Source: the human T2T-CHM13v2.0 reference genome, Homo sapiens
Assembly: GCF_009914755.1 (NCBI RefSeq)
Contig: NC_060930.1
Length of the DNA: 64,000 nt
Strand: one strand, 5' to 3'
Position 1 is the first letter of the stretch, and every line of letters starts with the position of its first letter. Position numbers and translations under genes: made by a program. The notes beneath the pieces are model-generated. The model saw nothing but the letters and a program-made list of their open reading frames with translations. It searched no databases and was not told the DNA's origin. Below are positions 40,290-56,420 of the stretch, piece by piece.

Positions 40290-41270
40290 ACAGATTGGAT
40301 ATTTTTGCTCCAAATAATGTAAAAATACAACTTACACTGGGTTGAACAATAGATATTTGCTGCCTCATCAAGCAAGAATCCAGGGGGTAGGGTGGGTCCA
40401 GCATTGGTTAATTCAACAGTTCCATAGAAGTCTTCATATCAGCTTTGGTCTGAAGTTCTTGGTTCCCTCATGATTGCAAACTGTCTGCAATAGCTCTAGG
40501 CGGTGCATTCCCAACCACATCTAAATGAAAATAAATTAAAAAACCCAAAAGAAAGGCTCACTGCTCTTCGGATCTCTATGCTTCTTTTTGAGAGATGATT
40601 CCTTTCCTAGAAAAACTCTTCCTCCAAGGCTCACTCTCCAGCAGACATATCCACAAGTCTTAGAGGCAGAATTGCATCCCAAGCCTGTTCCTAAGCCAGT
40701 CAACAACAAAGCAAATGAAATGGTCCTAAATGGTTTAGGACCGTCACATTTTACCTCCTGGGGTTAAGAAAAGGCTCAGTCTGCAGCCATAAAAAGGAAT
40801 GAGTTCATGTCCTTTGCAGGGACATGGATGAAGCTGGAAGTCATCATTCTCAGCAAACTAACACAGGAACAGAAAACCAAACACCACATGTTCTCGCTCA
40901 TAAGTGGGAGTTGAACAATGAGAACACATGGACACAAGGAGGGGAACAACACACACCAGGGCCTCTCGGTGGGTGGGGGGGCAAGGGGAGGGAGAGCATT
41001 AGGACAAATACCTAATGCACGTGGGGCTTAAAACCTAGATGACAGGTTGATAGGTGCAGCAAACCACCATGACAAATGTATACCTGTGTAACAAACCTGC
41101 ACATTCTGCACATGTATCTTGGAACGTAAAGTAAAATTTAAAATTAAAATTAAAAAATAAAAGGCTCAGTCTTTCCCAAAGCACAAAGATGCCCCATTCA
41201 GAAACACAATTCAGGATCCTTAGCAGGGAGAAAGGATAGTTATTGGATAAGAAGCCAGCAATGGCTGCCT
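40290..41270 (-). mobile_element. Old MLT1 (J/K-like) LTR interrupted by L1PA
   Basis: GAATCCAGGGGGTAGGG...GGTTAATTCAACAG...CCTAAGCCAGTCA...; resumes after 41172. Confidence 0.55.
40783..41158 (+). mobile_element. 5'-truncated L1PA (L1PA7/8-like) 3' end
   Basis: GCAGCCATAAAAAGGAATGAGTTCATGTCCTTTGCAGGGACATGG...; perfect TSD AAAAGGCTCAGTCT at 40769-40782 and 41159-41172. Confidence 0.95.
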
Positions 41271-41349
41271 CAATAAGAGACTTTCAGATGACCTGGGAGG
41301 GAGGGGAAGAAACACTACCCACCCCCAACCCCGCTCCCTAGTAAGCACA

Positions 41350-41555
41350 GAGTCAGGAAGATCAAAGTTTTAGGGTCAGCATTGCTACTTAGTAGTTGTT
41401 AGATCTTGGATTAGTTATTTAGCCTTGTGGAACCTCAATTTCTGCATCTGTGAAGTGGGAAATTACACCTATCTCACTGGGTTGCAGTGAGAATCAAATA
41501 TATTAGTATATGCAAATTACCTGGCAGGCACCCGGCCCATAGATTTGTCCAGTAA
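41350..41555 (+). mobile_element. MIR
   Basis: CCTCAATTTCTGCATCTGTGAAGTGGG...GGGTTGCAGTGAGAATCAAAT. Confidence 0.7.
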
Positions 41556-41820
41556 ATACCATTCCCTTGCCCAAAGCCCTTGGGCAGCTTACAGTCCAAC
41601 TTGCTGGGTAACTGACAGGTCAGTCTGCTCACATTCTGATTATTAAGCACTATGGAAAAGGTATGTAAAGAGGCTTCCTAGGGGAGGGAATACTATCACA
41701 GTTCCTAGGAGCCACTAAGGTCCTCCAGATGCTTTTCTAGATCCAATGGGTGCTTTCCATTTCTTTGTCTTACCTTACCTTTCTGCAGCATCACTTATCT
41801 TGGCAATTCCTTTTCTTCTT

Positions 41821-42198
<378 letters not shown>

Positions 42199-42399
42199 TA
42201 GCAACTCCTTTTCATGCTCCCTTCCAGGGTCCTCTTTTTTTTTTCCCTTCCCCAAACTGTGTTTCAATCTCACCTGTCAATTCCCCTTCTGTTTCAATCT
42301 CACCTGTCAATTCCTGAGGTGAGATCCCATTGTTTCCTACACTTTCAACTCCTATTTATATGTTCACGACACATAGGAGACATTCAATGCACATTGTTT

Positions 42400-44520
<2,121 letters not shown>

Positions 44521-45379
44521 CATTGATGGGTAAATACTGAGTCAACATTGGCCGTTGCATGTTAGCTCTACAATCTGCTTTGAACCCTGATATCTCTCCT
44601 GAGTTCAGCCTGATCTTCCTACAGTCCCTGTTTTAGAGACTGTCACTCCCATGCACCCAGTTTCCAAAGCAGAGAACTGGGAGTCATTTAAAATTCCTTC
44701 CAGTAAATAAATCATCTCTCCAATTGGTGACCACATTTTGTCACTTCTAGCTCCTTAATATTTCTTAACTTTTCCTCCTGAGTTGAAAGCCTTGCCAGTT
44801 TTCACTGGATTAGTTAAGTAACTGTCACGTCGTTATTGCTTAGGCTATTTCCTCCACTAGACTATAAATTTTTAAAATTCAGCTCAACACTCTTCAATAA
44901 ATGGTGCTGGACAAACTGGATAATCATATGCAGAATAATGAAACGAGACCCCCATCTCTCACATATACAAAAATCAAATAAAAATAAATTAAAGACTGAA
45001 ATCTAAGACCCGAAAGTATTAAACTACTAGGAGAAAACACTGGGGAAATGCTCCAGGACTTTGATCTGGGCAAAGGTTTGTTGCGTAAGACCTCAAAAGC
45101 AAAGGCAATCTAAGCAAAAATAGACAAATGGGATTACATCAAGCAAAAACGTTCTGTACAGCAAAGGCAACAATCAGTAGAGTGTACAGACAGCCTACAG
45201 AATAGGAAAAGATATTTGCAAACTGTCCATCTGACAAGAATTTTAAAAACAGGATATATAAGGAACTCAAACAACTCAAGAGCAAAAAAAAAAAAAAATT
45301 AAAAAATAGACAAAAGATCTGAATAGACTTTTCTCAAAAAAAAAAAAAAAACCCTACAAATGGCCAATGGGTACATTTA

Positions 45380-45754
<375 letters not shown>

Positions 45755-46133
45755 TCATCTCATCCCACTTAAAATGGCTTTTATCAAAAAGACAGGGAAT
45801 AATGGATGCTGGCAAGAATGTAGGGAAAAGGGGAACCCTCATACACTATTGGTGGGAATGTAAATTAGTACAACCACCCTGGAAAACTAAATGGAAATTC
45901 CTCAAAAAGCTAAAAATAGAACTACCATGTGATTCAGTAATTCCACTGCTGAGTATATCTCCAAAAGAAAGGAAATCAATATATCAATGAGATATCTGCA
46001 CTCTCATGTTTACTGCAGCACTATTCATAATAGTCAAAATATGGAATCAACCTAAGTGTCCATCAATGGATAAATGGACACAGAAAATATGGTATATGTA
46101 GACACTGGAATATTATTCAGCCATAAAAAGAAT

Positions 46134-46353
46134 GACTTGAACCTAGGAGTTTGAAACTACTCTGGACGACATGGCAAAATCCCATCTCTCCAAAAAATTA
46201 TAAACTTAGTGGGGTGTAGCGGCACATGCCTGTAGTCCCAGCTACTCAGGAGGCTGAGGTGGGAGGATTGACTGAACCTTGAAGATCAAGGCTGTAGTGA
46301 GCCATGATTGCGCCTCTGTACTCCAGCCTAAGTGACAGAACAAGACTCTGTCT

Positions 46354-46392
<39 letters not shown>
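46134..46392 (+). mobile_element. 5'-truncated AluJ in L1
   Basis: GGGAGGATTGACTGAACC..GATCAAGGCTGTAGTGAGCCATGATTG; A/GAAAA tail. Confidence 0.88.
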
Positions 46393-46666
46393 GAAATCTT
46401 GTTATTTGCAGCAACATGGATGGAACTGGAGGTGTTTATGTTAAATGAAATAAGCCAAGCACAGAAAGACAAATACCACATTTCTCACTCTCATATGTGA
46501 GAGCTAAAAAAAAATGGATCTCATGAAGGTAGAGAGTAGACTGGTGGTTACCAGAGGCTGGGAAGGGTAGGAGGGTGAGGGGACGGAGACAAGTTGATTA
46601 ACAAGTAGAAATGTACAGTGATAGAAGAAATGAGATCTAGTGTTTGATAAATCACTAAGGTGATTA

Positions 46667-47172
<506 letters not shown>

Positions 47173-47756
47173 TTAAAAATAAAATAAATTCAGCTCAGCA
47201 AACATTGAGGACATTCCATGTAGGAAACGAAGGTGAATAATACTGAGTTTGTGCCTTTGAATAGCTCACAAATTTTAGGACAATAGCTCTCAATTTTTGA
47301 GAACACTGGAAGAGAATCACGTTTTTGGGAGCAATAGTATAGTTCGGTTTTGGACACTGTCAGCTTGAGATACTTGTGAGACGTCCAAGTGGGAATATTG
47401 AGTAGTTTAGCCAAAACACATTGGGTGATTGTGTGATCCAGTATTACTCCTTTAGTAATTATGAGGTGTGGCCCAAGGTGCCTTCTATTTACCTGGGCTC
47501 TTGTTAAAATAGGAATGGGGGAAGTCAGTAAGTCTGCAGCTGTCAGGGGCCATAGCTCTAATGAACGCCCACATGATGCCAACGATACTGATCCACAAAC
47601 TTCACCTTCATGTGTATATTGTTGTAGTAACAAGAAAGCTACCTAAGCATAATTTATTTATAGCAAGTGTATTAAGACAAAACCACCCAAGTCCTTCACT
47701 GGCAGGTGTAGGAATATGTACTATGATTCTGAAAAAGATGTAGAACTACGAAAGTT

Positions 47757-49072
47757 TGTCCGGAATTGGCAGATTCTTAGTCTCACTGACTTCAAGAATG
47801 AAGCCGCAGATCCTCGTGGTGAGTGTTATAGTTCTTAAAAGTGGCGTGTCCAGAGTTTGTTCTTTTTGACGTTCAAATGTGTTTGCAGTTTCCTTCTTCT
47901 GGTGGGTTCATGGTCTACACCAGCTCAGGAGGGAAGCTACAGACCTTCGTGGTGAGCCTCACAACTCACAAACTCAGTGTTGACCCAAAGAGCAAGCAGT
48001 AGCAAGACTTATTGCAGAGCAAAAAAAAAAAAAAAAAAACAAACTTTCCACAATCCGGAAGGAGACTCCAGCGAGTTACTACTGCTGGCTCGGGCAGCCT
48101 GCTTTTATTCTCTTCTCTGGCCCCACCCACATCCTGCTGATTGGTAGAGCCAAGTGGTCTGTTTTGACAGGGCGCTGATTGGTGCCTTTACAATCCCTGA
48201 GCTAGATACAAAGGTTCTCCACATCCCCACCAGATTAGCTAGATACAGTGTCCACACAAAGGTTCTCCAAGGCCCTACCAGAGTAGCTAGATACAGAGTG
48301 TCGATTGGTGCATTCACAAACCCTGAGCTAGACACAGGGTGCTGATTGGTGTGTTTACAAACCTTGAGCTAGATACAGAGTACCGATTGGTGTATTTACA
48401 ATCCCTGAGCTAGACATAAAGGTTCTCCACGTCCCCACCAGACTCAGGAGCCAAACTGGTTTCGCGCAGTGGATCCCAGACAGGGGTTGCAGCTGGAGCT
48501 GTTTGCCAGTCCCGCGCCGTGCACCCGCACTCCTCAGCCCTTGGGTGGTCGATGGGACTGGGCGCTGTGGAGCAGAGCGCGGTGCTCATTGGGGAGGCTC
48601 AGGCCGCATAGGAGCCCACGGAGGGGATGGGAGGCTCAGGCATAGGCGGACTGCGGGCCCTAGCCCTGCCCCGCGGGAACGCAGCTGAGGCCCGGCGAGA
48701 AATCGAGCGCAGCGCCGGTGGGCCGGCACTGGTGGGGGACCTAGTACAGCCTCCGCAGCTGCTGGCCTGGGTGCTAAGCCCCTCATTGCCCGGGGCCGGC
48801 AGGGCCGGCCGGCTGCTCCGAGTGCGGGGCCCGCCAAGCCCACGCCCACCGGGAACTCTAGCTGGCCCGCAAGCGCCGCGCACAGCCCCGGTTCCCGCTC
48901 GCGCCTCTCCCTCCACACCTCCCTGCAAGCTGAGGGAGCCGGCTCCGGCCTTGGCCAGCCCGGAAAGGGGCTCCTACGGTGCAGCGGTGGGCTGAAGGGC
49001 TCCTCAAGTGCCGCCAAAGTGGGAGCCCAGGCAGAGGAGGCGCCGAGAGCGAGCGAGGGCTGTGAGGACTGC
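47757..49072 (-). mobile_element. LTR12C (ERV9) solo LTR missing ~20 bp at its 5' end
   Basis: TGTCCGGAATTGG end; CCAAT repeats (ATTGG at 48140, 48178, 48304, 48345, 48386); CpG-rich U3 at ~48500-49070; stops at GAGGACTGC without ...TGTCACCTCTCA. Confidence 0.95.
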
Positions 49073-49119
49073 TAAGGATGTGAAAGAGACATAATATGGT
49101 TTTATGCAGAATGCTTTTT

Positions 49120-49625
49120 GAAAGCCAGCCGTGTGTCAACTGCTATCTAGGCAGCAGAGGTAACAACAGTGAACCGTGAACAGGAAACCCAGGGAGCTTA
49201 CATTCTGGAGGGAGGTGGACAGATAATAACAAGAAAACAAATAAGCAAAGTCATTTCAGATGATAGAAGTGCTGTAAAAAAAATAAAAATAGCATAATGC
49301 GATGCATCCTGGGGTGCTGCTCTAGTGGGAGGTAATTGTTGAGCCAAGAACTAACCATGCAGTGGAACCAGTCATGCAAGGACATGGGGTCAGAACATTC
49401 TGGGTACAGCAATAGTGTGTTCCTTTTCCTTGCAAGGGAAGAGGAAGGCAGCGGCCTTGAGGCAGGAGTGAGCAAGGAGGTAGGTGAGGATCAGTTACGT
49501 GTTACTGGACCCTGGGAAGCAGGAGGGGAAACAGTAGGAAATGAAGTCAAAAGATCAGCAAGGACCAAGTCATGCGGGGGCTCTGAAGCTGCAATAGAGA
49601 GTTTACATTTCATTTTAAATGTGGG
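49120..49625 (-). mobile_element. L2 fragment
   Basis: GGAGCTTACATTCTGGAGGGAGG..ACAGATAATAAC...ATTTCAGATGATAGAAGTGCTGT. Confidence 0.65.
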
Positions 49626-50044
49626 AACAAAATAATTCAATTTTTTAAAAAGATAGCCAGGATCATAGATAGCCCTTGCTATCTTTTTTAAAAGGTGGCA
49701 AGCAAGCTCAGGACTGTGCTGTAGGAAGGTGAATCTGTCAGCAACATGTGGAACGGCCGGCAGAGGAAAGAGAGGCTCTTGAAATGCCTGCAATTGACGG
49801 TTAAGGAGAGCCTAAATGGGAAGTCAGACTTGTGCTTCCAAATGAGGTTACAAGAAGTGACATACAAGATTCAAATAATACCCAACTCTCTTGATCCTAG
49901 GCATGCAAGGCCAAGAGCCTCTCAATAAGTCCCTCATTTAATCTCCACGACCCCACAATGCGTGTTAGAAATGCTGGTTTCCAGGGTTTTAACCTGGACC
50001 TGCTAAAAGAGAGACCACAAGGCCTCTGGTTGTCAATACATAAC

Positions 50045-50403
50045 TGAGGCGGGAGAACAGGGTCTGGAGCTAGGGAACGTAAGTACTTCCTCGAACTAAA
50101 TCAAATGAAAAACTCCAAGTCTCTACGACCAAGTAAGTAACTTTGTAACGTCACTTCATCCTCTTCATTTGCATAGGGTGTACACCAGTTAACCAATGGG
50201 AAACCTCTAGAGGGTATCTAAACCCCAGAAGATTCTGTAACCAGCTCTCTAGAGCCGCTTGCTCGGTCCTGCTCCCACCCTGTGGAGCGCTTCCGTTTTC
50301 AATACATTTCTGCCTTTGTTGCTTCATTCTTTCTTTGCTTTGTGTGGTTTGTCCAATTCTTTGTTCAAAACGCCAAGAACCTGGACACCCTCCACTGGTA
50401 ACA
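50045..50403 (+). mobile_element. MER51-family (ERV1) solo LTR
   Basis: TGAGGCGGGAGAACAGGGTCTGGAG...CCAAGAACCTGGACACCCTCCACTGGTAACA; perfect 4-bp TSD TAAC. Confidence 0.9.
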
Positions 50404-50625
50404 TAACTACTTTGGGCAATTTTTAAATTCAGGGGAGGTTGGAATTAATGAGTGGGCCTCCACTTTCTTCTGCCAAAAGGGAATGAAGATGCTTATTATT
50501 TTCTGAGTGCTAGCATAGCTCTCTCTTACCCTTGGTGCCTTTCTTTAAATGCTGCAGCTCAACTTACAACCTGAGTAGTGAGATGGGAATTCCAGGATGA
50601 ATCCACTTTAAACATACCAACTAGC

Positions 50626-50799
50626 TCACGTACCCCTGAACCTAAAATAAAAGTTAAAAAAAAAACATTAAAAAAGATTACAAAATATGTTCATGTATAT
50701 TAACACTGTTCTGGTGATACGAACATTATGTAAATTAACTACTCGGTGTCTTGATTTAGTGTTATATAAACATTGCTAAAATTAAAAAAAAAAAACCAA
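50626..50799 (+). mobile_element. Minimal L1 3' terminus with putative 3' transduction
   Basis: GTACCCCTGAACCTAAAATAAAAGTT(A)n, then ~115 nt unique sequence, then a second poly(A); flanked by CAACTAGC on both sides. Confidence 0.7.
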
Positions 50800-52452
50800 C
50801 AACTAGCAGGATGCTGGTGCCTCCTGAGGAAGCTCTGCTGCCTCTGGCAGGCATTGGTTTATTTAAAGCTAAGGCCAACCTTGGGGCAACGCTTTCCACT
50901 GCAATCCTCACGCATATTTTAATGTAAATGAGTTTCAGATCCTTTTTGAGAGAAGATTTTGCCTGGGAAATGGGACAGATCTGGGCCTAGAGTGCCTGGT
51001 AACGAACTTAGGGGAATAGAATGGGGAAGGGGATAGGGGAAGGAGGTGGCCTAGGGCACTGCACTTCACTTCCTTCACACATTTGCCCAGAGCCAGGAAA
51101 CAGCCCTCGCCCCCTTCCTGAGCAGAGGGCTCTTAAAATAATGAAGAAGAAGAAAAAAATGTGGGTTTATAACTTTGCATTATTTGTGCTTGATTAGATT
51201 CTAACCTTAAAATATATATTTCTTTAAAAAGAAAACTCTGATCTGCATTTTTGACCATTTTTCTCTTGGCGTAGCTACTAGGCTGCCTTTTGCCATCTCC
51301 AGACCAGAAAAGCTTTCCTGGGCACAGGGAAGCCACAAGGCACAGTGGGGAGAATTGTGCACTTCAAATTTAATGTCATAGAAATAGGGAGATGACAGAA
51401 GCAGAAGGAAGGAAAGTCACCACTCACCATGCACTGACAGCATGCCCTGCTCTGTGCAGACATCTCTCCTGTAGATTAACTCAAGGGCTCCCCACTTTCC
51501 TCTGGTTTTCCTTTGAATCCCCACGATCGTAGATTTGCTCAAATGGTGACCACCCCTCCTGCCGAGTAATCTGTGTAAGCAGTAGCAATACCTAATATTT
51601 ACCGCCCTTGTAACACACGCTAGGTGTTTTCCAGGAATTCCTTCATTGAATACTCTCAACACCTTAAGAGATGGGTCCTCATTTTCAAATAAAATTACTG
51701 ACCCCTAGAGATACTGAGTGTCTTGTCCAGAATCAACAGTGCCATGATTTGATCCTAAGCCACTGGGTTCTAGAGATCATCGGTTTAGCTCTTACGTGAT
51801 AGTGCTTTGACTTGTCAGGAAAGGCACAAAATTATACTTGCTCTGGTAAAATTCCCCGCTAATTTTATGTTTGAGGTCTTCAGGCTTCTTATTTTTTTTT
51901 TTTTTTTGCTCCCTTTTCTCCCTAAAAGCATCTCCTCTTCAACTTAGGTACCCAAAGCCTTGTCATATTATATATGTCATATTACATATCCCACTACCAC
52001 CACCACCTCTTTTCTTAAAAGATTTACCCAATAAGATTTACTCATTCATGCTGCTATGCCTTCTAGGCACAAATGCATTTTTGGACTTTTCATCTCTATG
52101 AAACATTTTTTTCTTCTGAGAATTTTCAGCTATCCAGTAGCAGATCCATTTGCCTCTTGACCATGGTTTTGAGATGTCTTGGAATACCTGGGTGTGGAAA
52201 CCTTCTCTCTAGGGTTTCCTGCTTACCTGCAGAGGGTGAGCCTCAGAACCAGACACTGGATGTATGTTCTCTGGGAGATGTTGAGCATTCATTCATTTAT
52301 TCATTCATTCATCAAGTATGTATGATTGCTCCGACTGGCACTGGAGACTCTGGAAATCAAAACAAACATTGCTCCTTCTACCACAAAGCTCACAATGCAC
52401 AGTCAATGACAGACATTAAGTAAGAAACTTCGATGAAAAATATATAGTTCTC

Positions 52453-52577
52453 AAACTACCTATTGGGTACAATATTTGGGTGATGGGTACACTAGAAGCC
52501 CAGATTTCACCACTATACAATTCATCCATGTAAGCAAAAACAACTTGTACTTTTAAAGCTATTTAAATTTTTAAAAA
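52453..52577 (+). mobile_element. L1 (L1PB/L1MA-like) 3' terminal fragment
   Basis: ACTACCTATTGGGTACAAT...GGGTGATGGGTACACTAGAAGCCCAGATTTCACCACTATACAATTCATCCATGTAA. Confidence 0.8.
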
Positions 52578-52650
52578 GGGGATTGTAACAACCTTCTTGA
52601 TAAAAAAAAAAAAAAAGAAAGAACACTCCTCACCTCCATTTGTCGTTTCT

Positions 52651-52898
52651 TTTTTTGTTGAGACAGAGTCTTGCTCTTTCGCCCAGGCTGAAGTGCAGTG
52701 GCGCGATCTCGGCTCACTGCAAGCTCTGCCTCCCGGGTTCACACCATTCTCCTGCCTCAGCCTCCTGAATAGCTGGGACTACAGGTGCCCGCCACCACAC
52801 CCGGCTAATTGTTTGTATTTTAAGTAGAGACGGGGTTTCACTGTGTTAGTCAGGATGGTCTCGATCTCCTGACCTTGTGATCCGCCTGCCTCAGCCTC
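52651..52898 (-). mobile_element. AluY, ~40 nt 5'-truncated
   Basis: Y diagnostics; TSD CCATTTGTC[G/T]TTTCT at 52636-52650 and 52903-52917. Confidence 0.93.
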
Positions 52899-53479
52899 TC
52901 AACCATTTGTCTTTTCTTTCCTCTTCCTTTCTCCCACCATTGGCATACCTTTGCCCCAAGGCTCCCAAATGCTGTGTGTGTTTACCCTTCTTTCCTCCCT
53001 GGTGCCAGTATCCTGGCTTGGACCTATCTCACTTCTGCCTAAGGGATGATCATCATGTTTGAACCAGCTCATTGTCAGCCAGGAAACCCATGGTTTAGTG
53101 GCCATTTTTCTCTGCTATGAAACTTCTGGTCATTTGAAACATGCAGGACAGGGTACAGCAAAAAGAACAGAGAGTAGTTGGTGGTCAAGTTCACAATGCC
53201 CATTAATTCATTCATGTATTCATTCAGCAAACATTCATTAAACAGTATCTGCCAGGAATTGAGACATAGAAAAAACACATAATTGTTGCATAGTAGAAAG
53301 GCTATAAATGTCTAAAGGTAAGAATCCCCTGTATCATCTTCATGCCTCTGTCCCTGATATTTAACTCTCTCCTTAAATATCACAAGGTGGGCACTCAATA
53401 AATATTTGTAAAATAAAAGAATGAACTCATATCTTGGCAGAAAATACAGGTATGTAAAGGACTGTAATAAAGTGGGATG

Positions 53480-54620
<1,141 letters not shown>

Positions 54621-54639
54621 TTTAAATGATATTAATTAG

Positions 54640-55125
54640 GTGACTGCCTGACCCAATATTATTCCTCTAGTAATTATGGGTGTTCATATGGCCCAATTCA
54701 AATCAATCAGAATATCATCATGCCCAGAACACAATGACTGATTCCTAGAAAAGCCATATGAGCCTCACTGGACCAATCTAATTACTTCTCTTAATCTGAA
54801 TGGGGAGAACAGATTTTTATACTCCGGTTGCAGAGCTGTGACCCTGTAAGTTCAGAGCTGTTGATGAACATGTCACCTCTGTGGGGATGATGTTGGATTG
54901 AAAAAATGAGGGTACCATACAGAGAAAGAAGAGGCAGAAGAAAAGACTACTGAGAATATAGGCATTCCCTTGTTTCTGTCCCTGGCTTGGTTACATGAGC
55001 TGAGTTGGTATTTGTCTATTAATACATTTCTTTCTCTGTCTCTGTCTCTCTTTCTCTTTCTCTCTCTGTGTCTCTGACTCTGCTTTATTTTAGCTAGTTC
55101 TCAGTGGTATTTTATCATTTATAAT
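54640..55125 (+). mobile_element. Old ERVL LTR (LTR16-like)
   Basis: CAATCAGAATATCATCATG...TGGACCAATC...GGTTACATGAGC; heavily diverged. Confidence 0.4.
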
Positions 55126-55731
55126 CATTCATGATGATGCTAGCAATTTAAGTATGCAGTTGGATTTGCAATTTCTCTTACTCAGAAAGAGATTAACTGT
55201 AGACATGTTGTTGAAAGTTGTAGATATTGATTTAGAATTTGAAGCCAGGGAGTGAATTAGATCACCAAGAAAGAAAGAGGAGAACTGAGGTATAAACTCT
55301 AAGAATTCTAACACTAAAGTTTCAGGAGAGGTGGATGAATTCTCAAGGAAATTGGAAGAAATGCCTCAAGTCATTGGAGGAAAACCAATAGATTGTGGTG
55401 TGTAAGAAGCCAAGGGTGTTTTAAAGATGTGGTGGTCAACTGTATAGAATCTTCAAGACAGGGAAAAAGTGCAGTAAGAACTGGCAATCAGCCATTGGAT
55501 TGGGTAGTGCAGAAGTCATTGCTGCATTTTCCAAGAATAATTTCAGCAGAGTGGAGGGGTCAGAAGCCAGTTGGAGTGAATTGAAAAGGAAATGGAAGTG
55601 GGAAAGTAAAGCCTGAATATGGAAACAATTCTTTTAAGGATTTTAGCTGTGAAGGGGAGACTATGGAAAGGATGGCAACTGGAGAGGGAGCTCCAGAAAG
55701 GATATTGTTTACTTTTTTTTTCTTTTGGATG

Positions 55732-55928
55732 AGAGGGACTAAAACCAAATTATATTTAAAGATCTATTAGATCTTTAAATCTAATAGAGGGACTAAAACC
55801 AAATTATATTTGGTTTAAATCTTTAAATCTAATAGATGGACTAAAACCCAATTATATTTAAAGATCTATTAGATCTTTAAATCTAACAGAGGGACTAAAA
55901 ACCAAATTATATTTAAAGATCTATTAGA
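55732..55928. repeat. ~54-bp tandem repeat (about 3.7 units) containing perfect internal palindromes
   Basis: Units start at 55732, 55786, 55834 and 55888: AGAGGGACTAAAACCAAATTATATTTAAAGATCTATTAGATCTTTAAATCTAAT. Confidence 0.95.
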
Positions 55929-55974
55929 ACACACAGGAAGGAGCAGCTAACTCTGCCTAGGTGAGTAGAGAAAG

Positions 55975-56420
<446 letters not shown>

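Noticed and set aside
48503-49139. Overlapping 93-143 aa GC-rich ORFs and an apparent CpG island (also 62808-63434)
   Set aside because: They lie in LTR12 U3 regions, where GC-rich sequence is depleted of stop codons; no protein homology recognised
55732-55928. CRISPR-like appearance (palindromic repeats)
   Set aside because: No unique spacers, no cas genes, primate context
55947-55966. CTAAC...CCTAG|GTGAGT as a recursive splice site
   Set aside because: Putative branch point only ~10 nt from the AG and the pyrimidine tract is very short
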